This document shows, in pieces, positions 17,706-28,643 of a stretch of DNA of 64,000 nt (position 1 is its first letter; every line of letters begins with the position of its first letter). This DNA comes from a virus (lineage: Duplodnaviria > Caudoviricetes): the IMG/VR virus record IMGVR_UViG_3300025915_000017, positions 953 to 64,952 of that record; one strand, given 5' to 3'. Below the pieces are notes generated by a model. The model did not search any database. It worked only from the letters and a program-made list of their open reading frames with translations, and was not told the origin of the DNA. The position numbers and the translations under genes were made by a program.

Positions 17706-20700
17706 GTGAGAGAGATTTCGGACGAAATTAAGGCCAAAATTATCATAGAAGCAGACACGAGCGGTGCCGAAGAAGCAGCGGCAGCCCTTGAAAAGTTGCA
17801 AGGGGCAACAGGGGCCAGTGCAGAGGGTGCTGGCGGTCTTGGCGACCAACTGGCGGCGATGGAAAAGCAAGCCAGTGCGACAGCAGGAGAGGTTGCGGGG
17901 CTTGCCGAAGAAACCGGGGGGTTTGAAGAAGCCGCAAAGTCAGGTGAGGAGACAGTTTCTGGCTTCAATGATACCCTGAATGAACATCAGCAGGCAGTGG
18001 AGGATATTCAGACGGCCTATGAAGGTCTACAGCCCTCAGTAGAGCAGACAACAAAGAGCCTCGGATCGATGCAGGAGACACTGGCAAAATCATCGCCAGC
18101 CGTCTCTCAACTTGCCGATAATATGGCAGCATTGCAGACATCATTAGCCCCAGATGCCCTGGAAGAGAACATGGGCGTGTTCCAAGATCTAGCCTCAACG
18201 CCACAGCCATTTTTGATGCTGCAAGGATACTTGCAAGAGACTGGCCAGAGCATGGATAGCTTCGCGCAATCCATCGGCAAGAACTATTCAGATGTCCTTG
18301 GCCAGATGCAACAGTCTAATGGTGCGTTCACAGACACCCAGACAGCCATGGAAGAATTTAATCGGGCCGATCCGTGGACAAACATGGCAGTTGACGCAAA
18401 GAATGCTGGTGAGAGTATTCAGGCAGTTGGCAAAGATACACAAGGTTTCGCCAGTCAACTCAACGCTGTAAATGATGCGGCGACGACAGCAAGTGAGGGG
18501 ATCAATAAGTTTGGCGGCGTGGGATCTTCGATGTACGGCCCTCTTACTCAAGCTGATACCCTCGCCAAGCAGTGGGATCTTACAGGCAACAGTGTTGAGA
18601 AGGCCATGTCTCAGATGGGCATGACAGCGGAAAGTAGTGGACTGGGTGGTGTTCTCAGTAGTGCATTTGGCGACCTTGGTGGAGTGTTGGAGGGTGCCAG
18701 CCGATTTGCGATGCCACTTATGGCGCTGCAGATGGTGGGCTCGATGGTCATGCAGGTCGGTCAAAGCATTTACGATTCTGCAGCCATTGCCGAAGGACCT
18801 GCTGCGCACTCCATGGGAACGTTCACGGGGACCGTTGATGCTCTTGGACAATCCATGCAGCAGACAGGAGCGATATTTTCTGAGAGCTTTGGGCAACAAC
18901 TTCTTCCAACACTGAACGCACTCAATTATCAAACCAACCAGGATTCGGGTGGCGCCGGGGGACTTGGAAAAACTCTGGGGGCAACAGCTTCCTATCTTGG
19001 CAACCTGGGACTCATGCTCGGCGGGGCCGTCTCTATGACAGTACCAGGGGGGCAGGGTATTGGCTGGGAAATGCTAAAGACCGGCTTTGAAGGACAAATT
19101 AACCAGTACGCCGAAGCATTTGGCATGCAGCAACCATTCCAGGGACCGGGGCCGCAAGCACAAACACAAATAGACTATCAGCGAAATTTTGCCAATTTGC
19201 CTCAAACAGTGGGGCAGGCATCTACAAACTTGAAGTATCAAGGCGATTTGATGATGGCAGAGGCCAGTGATCCCTCGTATTTTCAGAATCTGCAATACGC
19301 CAATGCTGCACAGGAGTACTACCAACAACAGCAAATATCCTATAATTCATCGCATCCCCCTATGACACCGCGACAGGCTGCTTTGCAATATCAAAATGAG
19401 CGAGGAACAGCAGCAGACCAAAATGCGTATCAGCAATATCTTGATCAGGGTGGCACTCCCATCACGCCTGATAACCCCTATGGCGGTGGTTGGGGATCCC
19501 CCAGCACTGGGGGATGGGGATCTGCTCTTCTTGGCCCTGGTAGGGGAATAGATTTTGGCGGCATTTTTAACGGTATTGGTAGCCTTTTTAGTAGTTTAAA
19601 TCCCTTTAGTGGTAATGATGTTAATGGGGCAGGTGGCTTTTACTCAACATCTGGTTGTTTTGTAGCGGGCACACGTATCTTGATGGCCGATGGCTCCGAG
19701 AAGCCGATAGAGACATTGCAGACTGGTGAGCATGTCATAGCACACGATGGCAAAAGACAACTCCGTGTCACAGTGCGTGATTGGATGACCTACGAAGACA
19801 AGCAGACGTATGAACTCACGTTCTCTGATAGCAATACGCTCACGCTCACTGATGCTCATCCGCTTTACTCGCCTGATGCTGGATGGAGATCACTTTCGCC
19901 AGAAGCCACGGCGCAAGAACATCCAGGGCTCATAACAACGGTTCTGCAAATTGGCGACACGATCAGCACTACTGACGGAACATGTACACTCATTGCTATT
20001 GAGAAGCAACACAGAGAACAAGTCTACAACATTACCGTCGATGGCCCACATACCTATTTTGCCAATCGGGTGCTCGTGCATAATGCCAAGATGGGAGGAG
20101 GATCGCTAGGTGGAGGAGCGCAAGAAATCCAGATGCCACATATTGACATGGGTTCGATAGCCTCCAATCTTGCAGGTCAATTTTCAGGCATCCAGTTGCC
20201 ACACTTAGATCTCGGGGGCATCGCCTCAAACTTAGGTGGCGCATTTTCCGGTATCTCTCTTCCGCATTTGGACCTGGGTGGCATCGGCTCCTCTCTTGCC
20301 GGAGCCTTTAGCGGTATTCAGTTGCCACATTTGGACCTGGGTGGCATAGCCTCTTCTCTTGGTGGTGCCTTCTCAGGCATTACGTTGCCTCCCATGCCAA
20401 ACATCGGCGGCATGATCCAGGGCGCACTCGGCGGTATGTTTTCAGGCATTACGTTGCCTCCCATGCCAAACATCGGCGGCATGATCCAGGGCGCACTCGG
20501 CGGTATGTTTTCAGGCATTACGTTGCCTCCCATGCCAGATATCGGCGGCATGATCCAGGGCGCACTCGGCGGCATATTTTCAGGTATCACACTACCTCCT
20601 ATACCAGATATTGGAAGCATGATCCAGGGCGCACTCGGCGGTATGTTTTCAGGTATCACACTACCTCCCATGCCAGATATCGGCGGCATGATCCAGGGGG

Positions 20701-21095
20701 CAATTGGCGGAATCTTTAGCTCTGTTCATATGCCTTCTATCCCTGACTTTGGCGCGATGATTAACGGTGCTATCGGCGGCATCTTCTCTAGTATCCATAT
20801 TCCTTCTATCCCTGGTTTTGCCGCTGGTGTCGAAGGTTTCAGCGGTGGCCTTGCAATGGTCGGCGAATCTGGCCCGGAACTCGTAACGCTACCAAACGGC
20901 TCATCAGTCTATCCCCTGACGAGTAGCGCACCACTTGGCGGCAACACTGCACCGATCTCACTTGGCGGCGGAGGGAACAGCGGAGCGCAAACCGCCAATA
21001 TCGCTGTCTACCTGGACAGCCAGATGCTTACCCAGATGCTGGGGGTTAACCTCGCAAGTTCGATTCGCGTTGGGCTAGGGAACAGATCATATTAA
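17706..21095 (+). CDS. Tape measure protein with internal Hint domain and 23-aa repeats
   Basis: 1129 aa after the chaperones; C-terminal GFAAG...AMVGESGPELV motif typical of tape measures. Confidence 0.85.
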   Translation: MREISDEIKAKIIIEADTSGAEEAAAALEKLQGATGASAEGAGGLGDQLAAMEKQASATAGEVAGLAEETGGFEEAAKSGEETVSGFNDTLNEHQQAVEDIQTAYEGLQPSVEQTTKSLGSMQETLAKSSPAVSQLADNMAALQTSLAPDALEENMGVFQDLASTPQPFLMLQGYLQETGQSMDSFAQSIGKNYSDVLGQMQQSNGAFTDTQTAMEEFNRADPWTNMAVDAKNAGESIQAVGKDTQGFASQLNAVNDAATTASEGINKFGGVGSSMYGPLTQADTLAKQWDLTGNSVEKAMSQMGMTAESSGLGGVLSSAFGDLGGVLEGASRFAMPLMALQMVGSMVMQVGQSIYDSAAIAEGPAAHSMGTFTGTVDALGQSMQQTGAIFSESFGQQLLPTLNALNYQTNQDSGGAGGLGKTLGATASYLGNLGLMLGGAVSMTVPGGQGIGWEMLKTGFEGQINQYAEAFGMQQPFQGPGPQAQTQIDYQRNFANLPQTVGQASTNLKYQGDLMMAEASDPSYFQNLQYANAAQEYYQQQQISYNSSHPPMTPRQAALQYQNERGTAADQNAYQQYLDQGGTPITPDNPYGGGWGSPSTGGWGSALLGPGRGIDFGGIFNGIGSLFSSLNPFSGNDVNGAGGFYSTSGCFVAGTRILMADGSEKPIETLQTGEHVIAHDGKRQLRVTVRDWMTYEDKQTYELTFSDSNTLTLTDAHPLYSPDAGWRSLSPEATAQEHPGLITTVLQIGDTISTTDGTCTLIAIEKQHREQVYNITVDGPHTYFANRVLVHNAKMGGGSLGGGAQEIQMPHIDMGSIASNLAGQFSGIQLPHLDLGGIASNLGGAFSGISLPHLDLGGIGSSLAGAFSGIQLPHLDLGGIASSLGGAFSGITLPPMPNIGGMIQGALGGMFSGITLPPMPNIGGMIQGALGGMFSGITLPPMPDIGGMIQGALGGIFSGITLPPIPDIGSMIQGALGGMFSGITLPPMPDIGGMIQGAIGGIFSSVHMPSIPDFGAMINGAIGGIFSSIHIPSIPGFAAGVEGFSGGLAMVGESGPELVTLPNGSSVYPLTSSAPLGGNTAPISLGGGGNSGAQTANIAVYLDSQMLTQMLGVNLASSIRVGLGNRSY
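19656..20084 (+). other. Hint (mini-intein / PT-HINT-like) domain, 143 aa, in frame within the tape measure
   Basis: Begins CFVAGT; TDAHP block B; ends VYNITVDGPHTYFANRVLVHN; +1 residue is Ala; no endonuclease. Confidence 0.9.
20140..20820 (+). repeat. Coding tandem repeats (18-aa then 23-aa units)
   Basis: FSGIQLPHLDLGGIASSL units, then GGMFSGITLPPMPNIGGMIQGAL units with near-identical 69-bp DNA copies. Confidence 0.9.
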
Positions 21096-21117
21096 TGGTA
21101 AAGAGGTATAAATATAT

Positions 21118-22674
21118 ATGACATTTATTAGTCTTGTCCCATCGATATTTACGAATGTGAAGCAGTACAACGTAAAAGGGGATGGTGTTACCGATGATAC
21201 CTCTACTATCGCTTCGGCCCTTTCCGCGATTAGTAGCACTGGTGGTGTGCTTTTCTTCCCACCTGGCACGTACCTCACTGGCAATCAAACGCTCCTGCCG
21301 AATGTGCATATCGTTGGCGCGGGTCTGGGCAATACCACGATCAAATTAAAAAATGGAGCGAACACTGATTTATTTTCCGCGCAGACAGGGAGTATCAATT
21401 TGTCAGCGGCGGCCAACGCTGGCAGTGCTGGCACACTACTCAGTTTCTCCGTCCGTGACTTGACACTTGATGGCAACAAAGCCAATCAGTCGAGCGGCAC
21501 ATCATACCCCCTCAGATTCTACGGTTACAACTTCATTCTGAGAGACTTGCAAATCATGAACGGCTACACAGGTGGCATTTTGATCGATTGGAATGGGGGG
21601 AGTGCGCTTTCCTCGCCGTCTGACCAGATGGAAAGTCTGATAGCCAACTGCAAGATCCACGATAACAACGGGATTGGCCTGCAAATGGGTGGGCCACACG
21701 ATAGCCGCATACAAAATGTGTTGAGCTTCTTGAATGGAAGCCATAACATCCATCTGGCCCCCAATGCGACGGGAACACTGGTGCTCAACAGCCATGGCTG
21801 GGGCAATCCCAATACGACTGGTGTGTGCTGCTGGATTATCGAAGCAACAGGGTGTCAGTTCAGTAACTGCGTGGCCGAAGGTTCCTATCATACAGATGTG
21901 GTTATTCTTGCCAACAACACCTCGTGGGCGGGCGGCTATGTCTATGGAGCAAGCGGTGGTGCCTCTGAAATCGGCTTTCAACTGGGACAAAATAGTGGGC
22001 AAACCCCCTATCCAGGCCAGATTTTACAATCGGCAGGTGTAACTACCTCTGTTAGTGTTGGTGGGTGTGTCATCCAAACGATGATTAATAGTTGCCCTGG
22101 TGGAGCACTCAATTGTGTCAATGAAGGCTCTAACTTCGTTGCTGCGAACATCTGGCAATCATCGGGGTCTGCTGTGATTGGGACGCCAAACACGAGTGAT
22201 GTGTATAGCTTGCAGGTGGGAGGCGCAACGGCTGATGGCACACTTGGAAAAGGTGGAGGGATACAGGTTGTTACTGGCGCTACAACTGGCTTTGTCGTCC
22301 TTGATACCAGCGGCAATACCGTATTGCAAGCCTCTGGGTTTGCTCCTGAAGGGATTATTGTTGGCGGAAACATTTCCACAAAACAATCATCAAGCGCTGC
22401 GGCTATTGCCACCAATGGAACCGTTACCACAGCAGGGATCGGTGTGGCCCGCGTAGCTCCTACCGGCAATGTGACCGGGATTATCTTGCAAGCGGGAACC
22501 ATCGCAGGGCAGCAAATTGTCGTGCTCAACGAAAGCTCATTCACATTAACGCTCAATACCACTCCTGCCACCTCCAATGTTGCTGATAGTGCAACAGAGC
22601 CAGTTATAGCCGCTCTGACAGCCAGAAAGTATTATTGGGACAGTTCTACCTCAAGATGGTATAGGAGCGCATAA
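21118..22674 (+). CDS. Pectate-lyase-like beta-helix tail spike / depolymerase
   Basis: NVKQYNVKGDGVTDDT, GGVLFFPPGTY and IVGAGLGNTTIKL (Pectate_lyase_3-type N-terminus). Confidence 0.85.
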   Translation: MTFISLVPSIFTNVKQYNVKGDGVTDDTSTIASALSAISSTGGVLFFPPGTYLTGNQTLLPNVHIVGAGLGNTTIKLKNGANTDLFSAQTGSINLSAAANAGSAGTLLSFSVRDLTLDGNKANQSSGTSYPLRFYGYNFILRDLQIMNGYTGGILIDWNGGSALSSPSDQMESLIANCKIHDNNGIGLQMGGPHDSRIQNVLSFLNGSHNIHLAPNATGTLVLNSHGWGNPNTTGVCCWIIEATGCQFSNCVAEGSYHTDVVILANNTSWAGGYVYGASGGASEIGFQLGQNSGQTPYPGQILQSAGVTTSVSVGGCVIQTMINSCPGGALNCVNEGSNFVAANIWQSSGSAVIGTPNTSDVYSLQVGGATADGTLGKGGGIQVVTGATTGFVVLDTSGNTVLQASGFAPEGIIVGGNISTKQSSSAAAIATNGTVTTAGIGVARVAPTGNVTGIILQAGTIAGQQIVVLNESSFTLTLNTTPATSNVADSATEPVIAALTARKYYWDSSTSRWYRSA

Positions 22675-25600
22675 ATGACGTATGCTTCTACTATTCTTGC
22701 AGATAACCCACAGGCATGGTATAGATTAGGCGATTTGTCTGGACTTGTAGCCGTCGATAGCAGCGGCAATGGCTACAATGCCACGTTACCGAGTACAGGT
22801 ATCACGTATAGCCAACCAGGGGCCATCTTTGGCGATAGCAATACCTCGATGGTGTTCACTAGCTCGGCCACGCTCTCACTGCCTTATAATCTCAATCCAT
22901 CCACATGGACTGCGCTCTCGTTGGAATTTTGGGTAAACACTTCTGGCATCTGGCAGTATGTGGTAGTAACTACGAGCAACTCAGGAACCACTACCACCTA
23001 TTTGAACGGCATAGTTTATAGTTCAGGCTCTGGCGATCCCGTCGTTATTGACACCGATATTTATTATGCTGGTAGCCCTCTTTCTGGAAATCTCGACGAA
23101 ATTGGCTTGTATAACTACGTCTTGACTTCTACCCAAGTCCTGAATCACTACCTCGTAGGACTGGCCGCATCGACATTCTACGCAAGCAACGTTGCCTCGA
23201 CAGTTAGCGGGCTCACGCTCTCCGATAAGATGAGCACGACGACGGGCGGAACCGAAACCAGCGTATCAGTCACCATGCCATCGTCAGGGGCAAATCTGTA
23301 TGTAGAACTGGCCAGCCAGGGCGGAACAATGAGCGGCACACCTGTTCTGCCTGCGCCCACGGGAAAAGGATGGTCTATTTCCTCGATTGCGGGTAGCACG
23401 ATCTTAGCGGGAAATTGGTCAGCAGTCTTTACGCTTGCCAAATCTGGTACGTCTAAGACTGGTGCGTCGCTTCTTGTGAGATGGTATAGGCGTACAATGG
23501 ATGGTGTGCATTATCCCATTGGTGTCTCGACGCTTTCATCGCAATCCTTCACGACTTCAAAAACCGTCTATGTTACACCTACCATTCTCTCCACACTCTG
23601 GCAGATCATACCAACTGACACGCTTTACATGGATGCATTTGTGTATAATGGTGGTTCTACCGCCTGGGCCAGTGACGTGTTTACCGTGTACGTCAGCAAT
23701 TCGGGATCTCAAGGGGTGGCGAATGATGGCGTGATTATCGCGCCACCAATGATTACGACGCCTACCGGGTTATCCTGCTACGTTGGCGTACCTGCGTTGC
23801 AAGCTGGGCCGAATATCTCAGTGAAAAATGAGTCATTCACGTTGGCGGACGCCGTTGACCAGCGCAGCGTCTTAACACTCACAGCCGAAGACCCAACAGC
23901 CGCACTTTCCCTTACGCCAAACATGCCGGTAGTGCTTGCAGATAGCACACAGGGCAAGCTCTACGATGGCTATCTGGCACCTGACAAGCAAGTCAGGCTC
24001 GCAGCTGGCAACTTATCACCACAAACAGAGCATCAACTCACCTTCGCGGATCACCACAGAGACTTCGACAAAGAAGCGAACCAGACGAATTACAGCAACT
24101 GGACTGCCGGGGATATCGCGTGTGACTTCATTCAGAGGCAACAATATAAAAATGGTGTGTGGGGTGAGTTTGCAATTGAGAGCGATTACACGCCTGCCAC
24201 ATTTGGCGCAGGCACCTTGAGCGGCACTGTGGCCACGAGCACCACCAGCCCGTTTGTGTACGCACCAAATACGTTAGTACCTCCTGTAACAACAAACACA
24301 GGGGATCTGGAATTGACGCGGGCTGGAACGCAATTCTCACTGACAGAGTCGGTCACGAGTGATTTTAGTACCGGCACGCTCACAAACATGGTAGCCAGCG
24401 GGAACGCATTGAGCCCGACGACGCAGAGTGCAATCAAGATGTCAGCAGAATTGCCACTAGCAGCCACATTGAATATTGCGGAAACTTCTAGCTATACACA
24501 AAGCGGCGGGTATTTCTCAGTCGGGGAATTCTTTGGTACCTGGGCCTATGCGCAGATATGGGCTGGCTCGAAGGTCATTGGAAGCAATGATACCTTTAAC
24601 TATGACATATGGATTTCTAGCACATCACCCGCTATTCTTGCCGGAATGGATTTTCTTTGTAGCGATGGAACGCAATTCACGCTGCAAAATGGGAATGTCG
24701 ATGTCAATGGCAGTACAGGCATCTTCGACCAGAACAATCTCTCTGTTGATGTGCTCACTGACTTGAGTGCGTATGCAAAAGATGCCTGGTTTACGCGCAA
24801 TTTCTCTATAGGCTCGCTCGCCGGGAAAACCATCACTGCTGTTTATGTGATCATTACCGGTTCTGCAGCAGGATACTATACGACCTACGTGAAAAATGTC
24901 TATCTGGGCAGTGCCTCTGGGAGCCCATTTTTCAGCACGACGGCAACTGCTACGCAGGTCAATCCACCATCTACAGCAACCGGTGGTGGCTACACTGATT
25001 CTGCAGTATTTACGTCGGTGGTTCAGGCATATCAACCTGCCACCTCATATCGTATCTCTCCGGCTCACTCCATCAGTGGGGTTGGGCTCGTGCAAGATTC
25101 AAATATTACCTGGACAGCAAGTCTTCCCGCCAATGGTCCCTCGGTAAGTACGGCAACTTCACCCTATGTTACAACCACGACCATTCCGCCAACCAATACC
25201 AGCCCATCACTTGTACTCCTGGCATCCTACGATGGGGTAACATGGCTCCCTTGTGCCAATAATAAGCCGTTACCAGGGCTACCAGCAGGAGCTAACGTGT
25301 CAGGGCTTTCTTTGTATCTCAAAGAGTCGTTTGCAGCAGGCTCCGACCCCTCGGCTATTCCATCGCTCCTGCAAGTAAACGCCATCATTAACAGTGCCGC
25401 AGCCCAAACCACGACAGACGTTGTGGCGGCATATGGCAATGCGACTGAGTGGAACAGCGGAACATATAGTGGAACAGGTTTAAATAGCAACAACCAACTG
25501 ACACTTGGAACCTATACACGCGACTGGAGTGATCACGGCACAGGGGGGCAGGTCTTTTCCTATACGTACGTGGTTGGATCTGCCACGCAATCTGCCTCCA

Positions 25601-28278
25601 CAGGTACCTATGTCATGACGGTTACACCGAGCGGGACGACCTGGGCCGCTGCTGCGCTCTCTCGCCTGGATTTTGTCGGGAACATCCAGAACTTTACTGT
25701 TGAATTTGATTTTTCCTTGTCATCCATCAATGCCAACGTCTATGCCAGTTTTGTCTATCGGGGTCAGGGACAGATGAATCCAATTACAACCACTGGCGGC
25801 GGTGGCCCAGTCGGAGGGCCATGTTTCAGCAGCGGTTATGCACTCTCTTTCTCCAACTCCCATGTCGTTTTCAACCCGTTTTCAGGGGGCAATATCTTTT
25901 TGAATGCCTTCAGTTCAACGTCCAATCCTTTTATCAGTGTAAGCCAGTCCATGTCGGCGAACACAACCTACCATGTAAAAATCGTCGTGAATGGCACCAG
26001 GCATACGCTGTACTGGAATCATGCAACAAGCCCCCTCTTCGATGTCACGGACAATGCGACCACTTCAGCAGGCGGTGTAGGCTTCCTCGGGTGGACGTTT
26101 AATGGAACCTCGACCCAGACTTTCAAGTTCGATAATCTCACAGTCACCCCTATCGCCACGAGCACATGGACCAGCCCAAGCATCTCTCTTTCAAGTTTGG
26201 GCACGTGCGGCAATACGCAAATTGTCTGGAATGAAGAGGCACCAACCGGCGCCACGCAATCAACTGCTCTGGTATCTGCCTCTTTTGACGGGGGGTTCAG
26301 CTGGCAGTTATGCACCAACGGTGCAACGATTCCAGGGCTAACGTCTGGTACCAACGTTTCAGGGCAAGACCTGCTTATTCAAGCCGTCCTCTATTCGGAT
26401 GGCAACACGCTGACCACACCAATTATTACCGGCTTGTATGTGAGGGTGTGCGGCTCATACGGCACCGTCACCGGAACGCGCATCTCACCTGTGCTCAATC
26501 TGACACCAGTGGGCTATGTGGCAAGCAGTAACGTCGCCTATCATGCCAATATCCCGACCAATACCAGTGTCACAGTGCAGACTACACAAGACTTGAGCAC
26601 CTATCACACCGTGGGGAACAGTGGAGCCGGGGAAGCGTTGCCATACTGGACAAATCAACCGAGTGCCACACAGGATGTATTTAATGCGGTCTCATCAGCG
26701 AATTACATCAGTACGTCCAAATCAGGCGGAAGCGTCGCTACTGCTACCTATGACACCAGCAATAGCCGTGTAACACTCTCTGGTGGCTCAGGTGCTCTGT
26801 ACTTGAATAATTCCATTTCGGCTACTGATGTAGATCTGCTCGTGGATATGGACGAGAGTGACGCAGGAGGGCTGTGTTGGCGCGAAGTGAGCACATCAAA
26901 TTACTACGAACTGGGCGTCTATGATGCCTCTAGCTCAGGTGGCTTTACCAATCAATTGCGACTCTATAAGGTGGCATCTGGCACACGTTCACTGCTTGGC
27001 TCTGCATCTAGCGTCACATTTACACGCGGCACGTTCCATAGAATCCGCGTGACTATGCAATCTGGCCTGATTAACATCTACTGGGATGGCTCCTGCGTGC
27101 AATCGTATTTGGACACGTCGCCGCTGGGTGCGGGCGCGTGCGGGCTGCGCAACGATGGCGGCACAAGCAGGGTGTACCAGTTGTGGATTCAACCGCTCGG
27201 CACCAACCTCAGTGGGCAGGCGCTCTATACAAAAGTGACAATGAGCACGAGCGATCCACAGTACATGCCGCAACTCTTCACTTTGGTGTGCTGCGTGCGT
27301 GGCCCGAGTATTGGCACAGGAGCCACCGTTGCACCGTTGCACCCACTTACACGGCCATTTGCGTCCTATTATGCGAGCGAGATGGACACGCTCACCCAAA
27401 TGTCTGGAGACTACTACTGGTACATAGACAGATGGCGGCAACTACACTTTGGCGCACGTCAAACCAGGCCCGGTGCCTTCCCGATTCAGTCAGTAGACGA
27501 CGTAGCGAAGGCGTCAGGATCGCTCTTGTACTTGCCACAAGTGACGGTAACAACTTCCGCTGATGTGCTGCGCAATGAGCAAATCATTCAGAATGCGAGT
27601 AATCTGGTGAGCCCGCCAACTGAGTTGAAAACCGCAGATGGAAGTACCACCAGTTGGACAGTTGGTTATCCCATCTATTCCCAACCAACCATCCTGATCA
27701 ATAACAGCCCTGCCACTGTGGGTATCCAGGGCATTGATAATTCTCGCCAATTGTATTGGCAGCCTGGCAGCGCAAGTATTTCGTACGATAGCAGCCTGCC
27801 AAAGTTGCCAAGCGGCACGATTATCAGTATCACGTACATTGGTCAATCTACCGTGAACGTCGTGCTGGATAGCAGCAGCGCACAAACTGCGCAGACACTC
27901 ATTGAAGGCGGGGGCATCCTCCCAAGCTCTGGCATTATTACCGAGATTGAAGATGCATACACCTTTGTAGGCAACACGACAACAAGCGGCATTTCTGGGA
28001 TGAGCGTGGCACAGGCGACGACGCTGGGCAACGGCATGCTGGCCCGATATGGCAATAACAGGCCGGTGGAGTTGGTAGGTACAACATTGTACGGCGGGTT
28101 GGTTCCCGGCACGGTCATCCAGGCGTTTGTTCCTGAAATGGGAGTGTGGAATTTGTCGTTACCGATTGTGAAGTTAACGACGACGGCGTTCCAGAGCAAT
28201 AACGGTATTGTCTATTTTTATAGCGTTGATGCAACGAATGGAGCAAATATCTCGAACTGGCAGAAGGTATTCTACTAG
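22675..28278 (+). CDS. Large tail hub / adsorption protein with LamG and DUF1080-like lectin domains
   Basis: N-terminal AWYRLGD...LDEIGLYNYVLT (LamG), two internal ConA-like domains, C-terminal hub motif DTLTQMSGDYYWYIDRWRQLHF. Confidence 0.75.
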   Translation: MTYASTILADNPQAWYRLGDLSGLVAVDSSGNGYNATLPSTGITYSQPGAIFGDSNTSMVFTSSATLSLPYNLNPSTWTALSLEFWVNTSGIWQYVVVTTSNSGTTTTYLNGIVYSSGSGDPVVIDTDIYYAGSPLSGNLDEIGLYNYVLTSTQVLNHYLVGLAASTFYASNVASTVSGLTLSDKMSTTTGGTETSVSVTMPSSGANLYVELASQGGTMSGTPVLPAPTGKGWSISSIAGSTILAGNWSAVFTLAKSGTSKTGASLLVRWYRRTMDGVHYPIGVSTLSSQSFTTSKTVYVTPTILSTLWQIIPTDTLYMDAFVYNGGSTAWASDVFTVYVSNSGSQGVANDGVIIAPPMITTPTGLSCYVGVPALQAGPNISVKNESFTLADAVDQRSVLTLTAEDPTAALSLTPNMPVVLADSTQGKLYDGYLAPDKQVRLAAGNLSPQTEHQLTFADHHRDFDKEANQTNYSNWTAGDIACDFIQRQQYKNGVWGEFAIESDYTPATFGAGTLSGTVATSTTSPFVYAPNTLVPPVTTNTGDLELTRAGTQFSLTESVTSDFSTGTLTNMVASGNALSPTTQSAIKMSAELPLAATLNIAETSSYTQSGGYFSVGEFFGTWAYAQIWAGSKVIGSNDTFNYDIWISSTSPAILAGMDFLCSDGTQFTLQNGNVDVNGSTGIFDQNNLSVDVLTDLSAYAKDAWFTRNFSIGSLAGKTITAVYVIITGSAAGYYTTYVKNVYLGSASGSPFFSTTATATQVNPPSTATGGGYTDSAVFTSVVQAYQPATSYRISPAHSISGVGLVQDSNITWTASLPANGPSVSTATSPYVTTTTIPPTNTSPSLVLLASYDGVTWLPCANNKPLPGLPAGANVSGLSLYLKESFAAGSDPSAIPSLLQVNAIINSAAAQTTTDVVAAYGNATEWNSGTYSGTGLNSNNQLTLGTYTRDWSDHGTGGQVFSYTYVVGSATQSASTGTYVMTVTPSGTTWAAAALSRLDFVGNIQNFTVEFDFSLSSINANVYASFVYRGQGQMNPITTTGGGGPVGGPCFSSGYALSFSNSHVVFNPFSGGNIFLNAFSSTSNPFISVSQSMSANTTYHVKIVVNGTRHTLYWNHATSPLFDVTDNATTSAGGVGFLGWTFNGTSTQTFKFDNLTVTPIATSTWTSPSISLSSLGTCGNTQIVWNEEAPTGATQSTALVSASFDGGFSWQLCTNGATIPGLTSGTNVSGQDLLIQAVLYSDGNTLTTPIITGLYVRVCGSYGTVTGTRISPVLNLTPVGYVASSNVAYHANIPTNTSVTVQTTQDLSTYHTVGNSGAGEALPYWTNQPSATQDVFNAVSSANYISTSKSGGSVATATYDTSNSRVTLSGGSGALYLNNSISATDVDLLVDMDESDAGGLCWREVSTSNYYELGVYDASSSGGFTNQLRLYKVASGTRSLLGSASSVTFTRGTFHRIRVTMQSGLINIYWDGSCVQSYLDTSPLGAGACGLRNDGGTSRVYQLWIQPLGTNLSGQALYTKVTMSTSDPQYMPQLFTLVCCVRGPSIGTGATVAPLHPLTRPFASYYASEMDTLTQMSGDYYWYIDRWRQLHFGARQTRPGAFPIQSVDDVAKASGSLLYLPQVTVTTSADVLRNEQIIQNASNLVSPPTELKTADGSTTSWTVGYPIYSQPTILINNSPATVGIQGIDNSRQLYWQPGSASISYDSSLPKLPSGTIISITYIGQSTVNVVLDSSSAQTAQTLIEGGGILPSSGIITEIEDAYTFVGNTTTSGISGMSVAQATTLGNGMLARYGNNRPVELVGTTLYGGLVPGTVIQAFVPEMGVWNLSLPIVKLTTTAFQSNNGIVYFYSVDATNGANISNWQKVFY

Positions 28279-28317
28279 TAAGTGGATATGGCTAGTGTTT
28301 TCTTGCATCACAATACC

Positions 28318-28380
28318 TGCTATACTAGAACCAACTAAACAACAAGACGAGCCAGTGAGCCAGGTGTTCACTGGCTTTTT
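28318..28380 (+). promoter_or_regulatory. Extended -10 plus GAGCC hairpin leader (copy 2)
   Basis: TGCTATACT, then stem agccagtga/tcactggct (28350-28376) and a T run. Confidence 0.65.
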
Positions 28381-28400
28381 TATTTTTGGATCGGAAAAAG

Positions 28401-28631
28401 ATGAGCGCACCAGTAAAAGAGAGTACGCGAAATAAAGCGCCAAGTGTCACACAGATTATCGCTGATCAGGAGCAACGCATTGCGCAACTAGAACAACGCA
28501 TTGTGCAACTTGAGCGGTCAGCCCACACTGAGCATACACTTGGGCCTGATGTGGTAGAGCAACTCGTCAAGCAAGTTATTCAACGGATCGGCAACGGGCT
28601 CGCCTCGTTAGTCGTGCCGCCAGCGGAATAA
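28401..28631 (+). CDS. Small coiled-coil protein
   Basis: EQRIAQLEQRIVQLER heptads. Confidence 0.65.
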   Translation: MSAPVKESTRNKAPSVTQIIADQEQRIAQLEQRIVQLERSAHTEHTLGPDVVEQLVKQVIQRIGNGLASLVVPPAE

Positions 28632-28643
28632 AGGAGAGCCTCA

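Noticed and set aside
19656-20084. Canonical mobile intein
   Set aside because: No homing endonuclease and the +1 residue is Ala, so it is treated as a cleaving Hint
20318-20689. Minus-strand repetitive ORF MPPISGMGG...
   Set aside because: Antisense shadow of the tape-measure repeats
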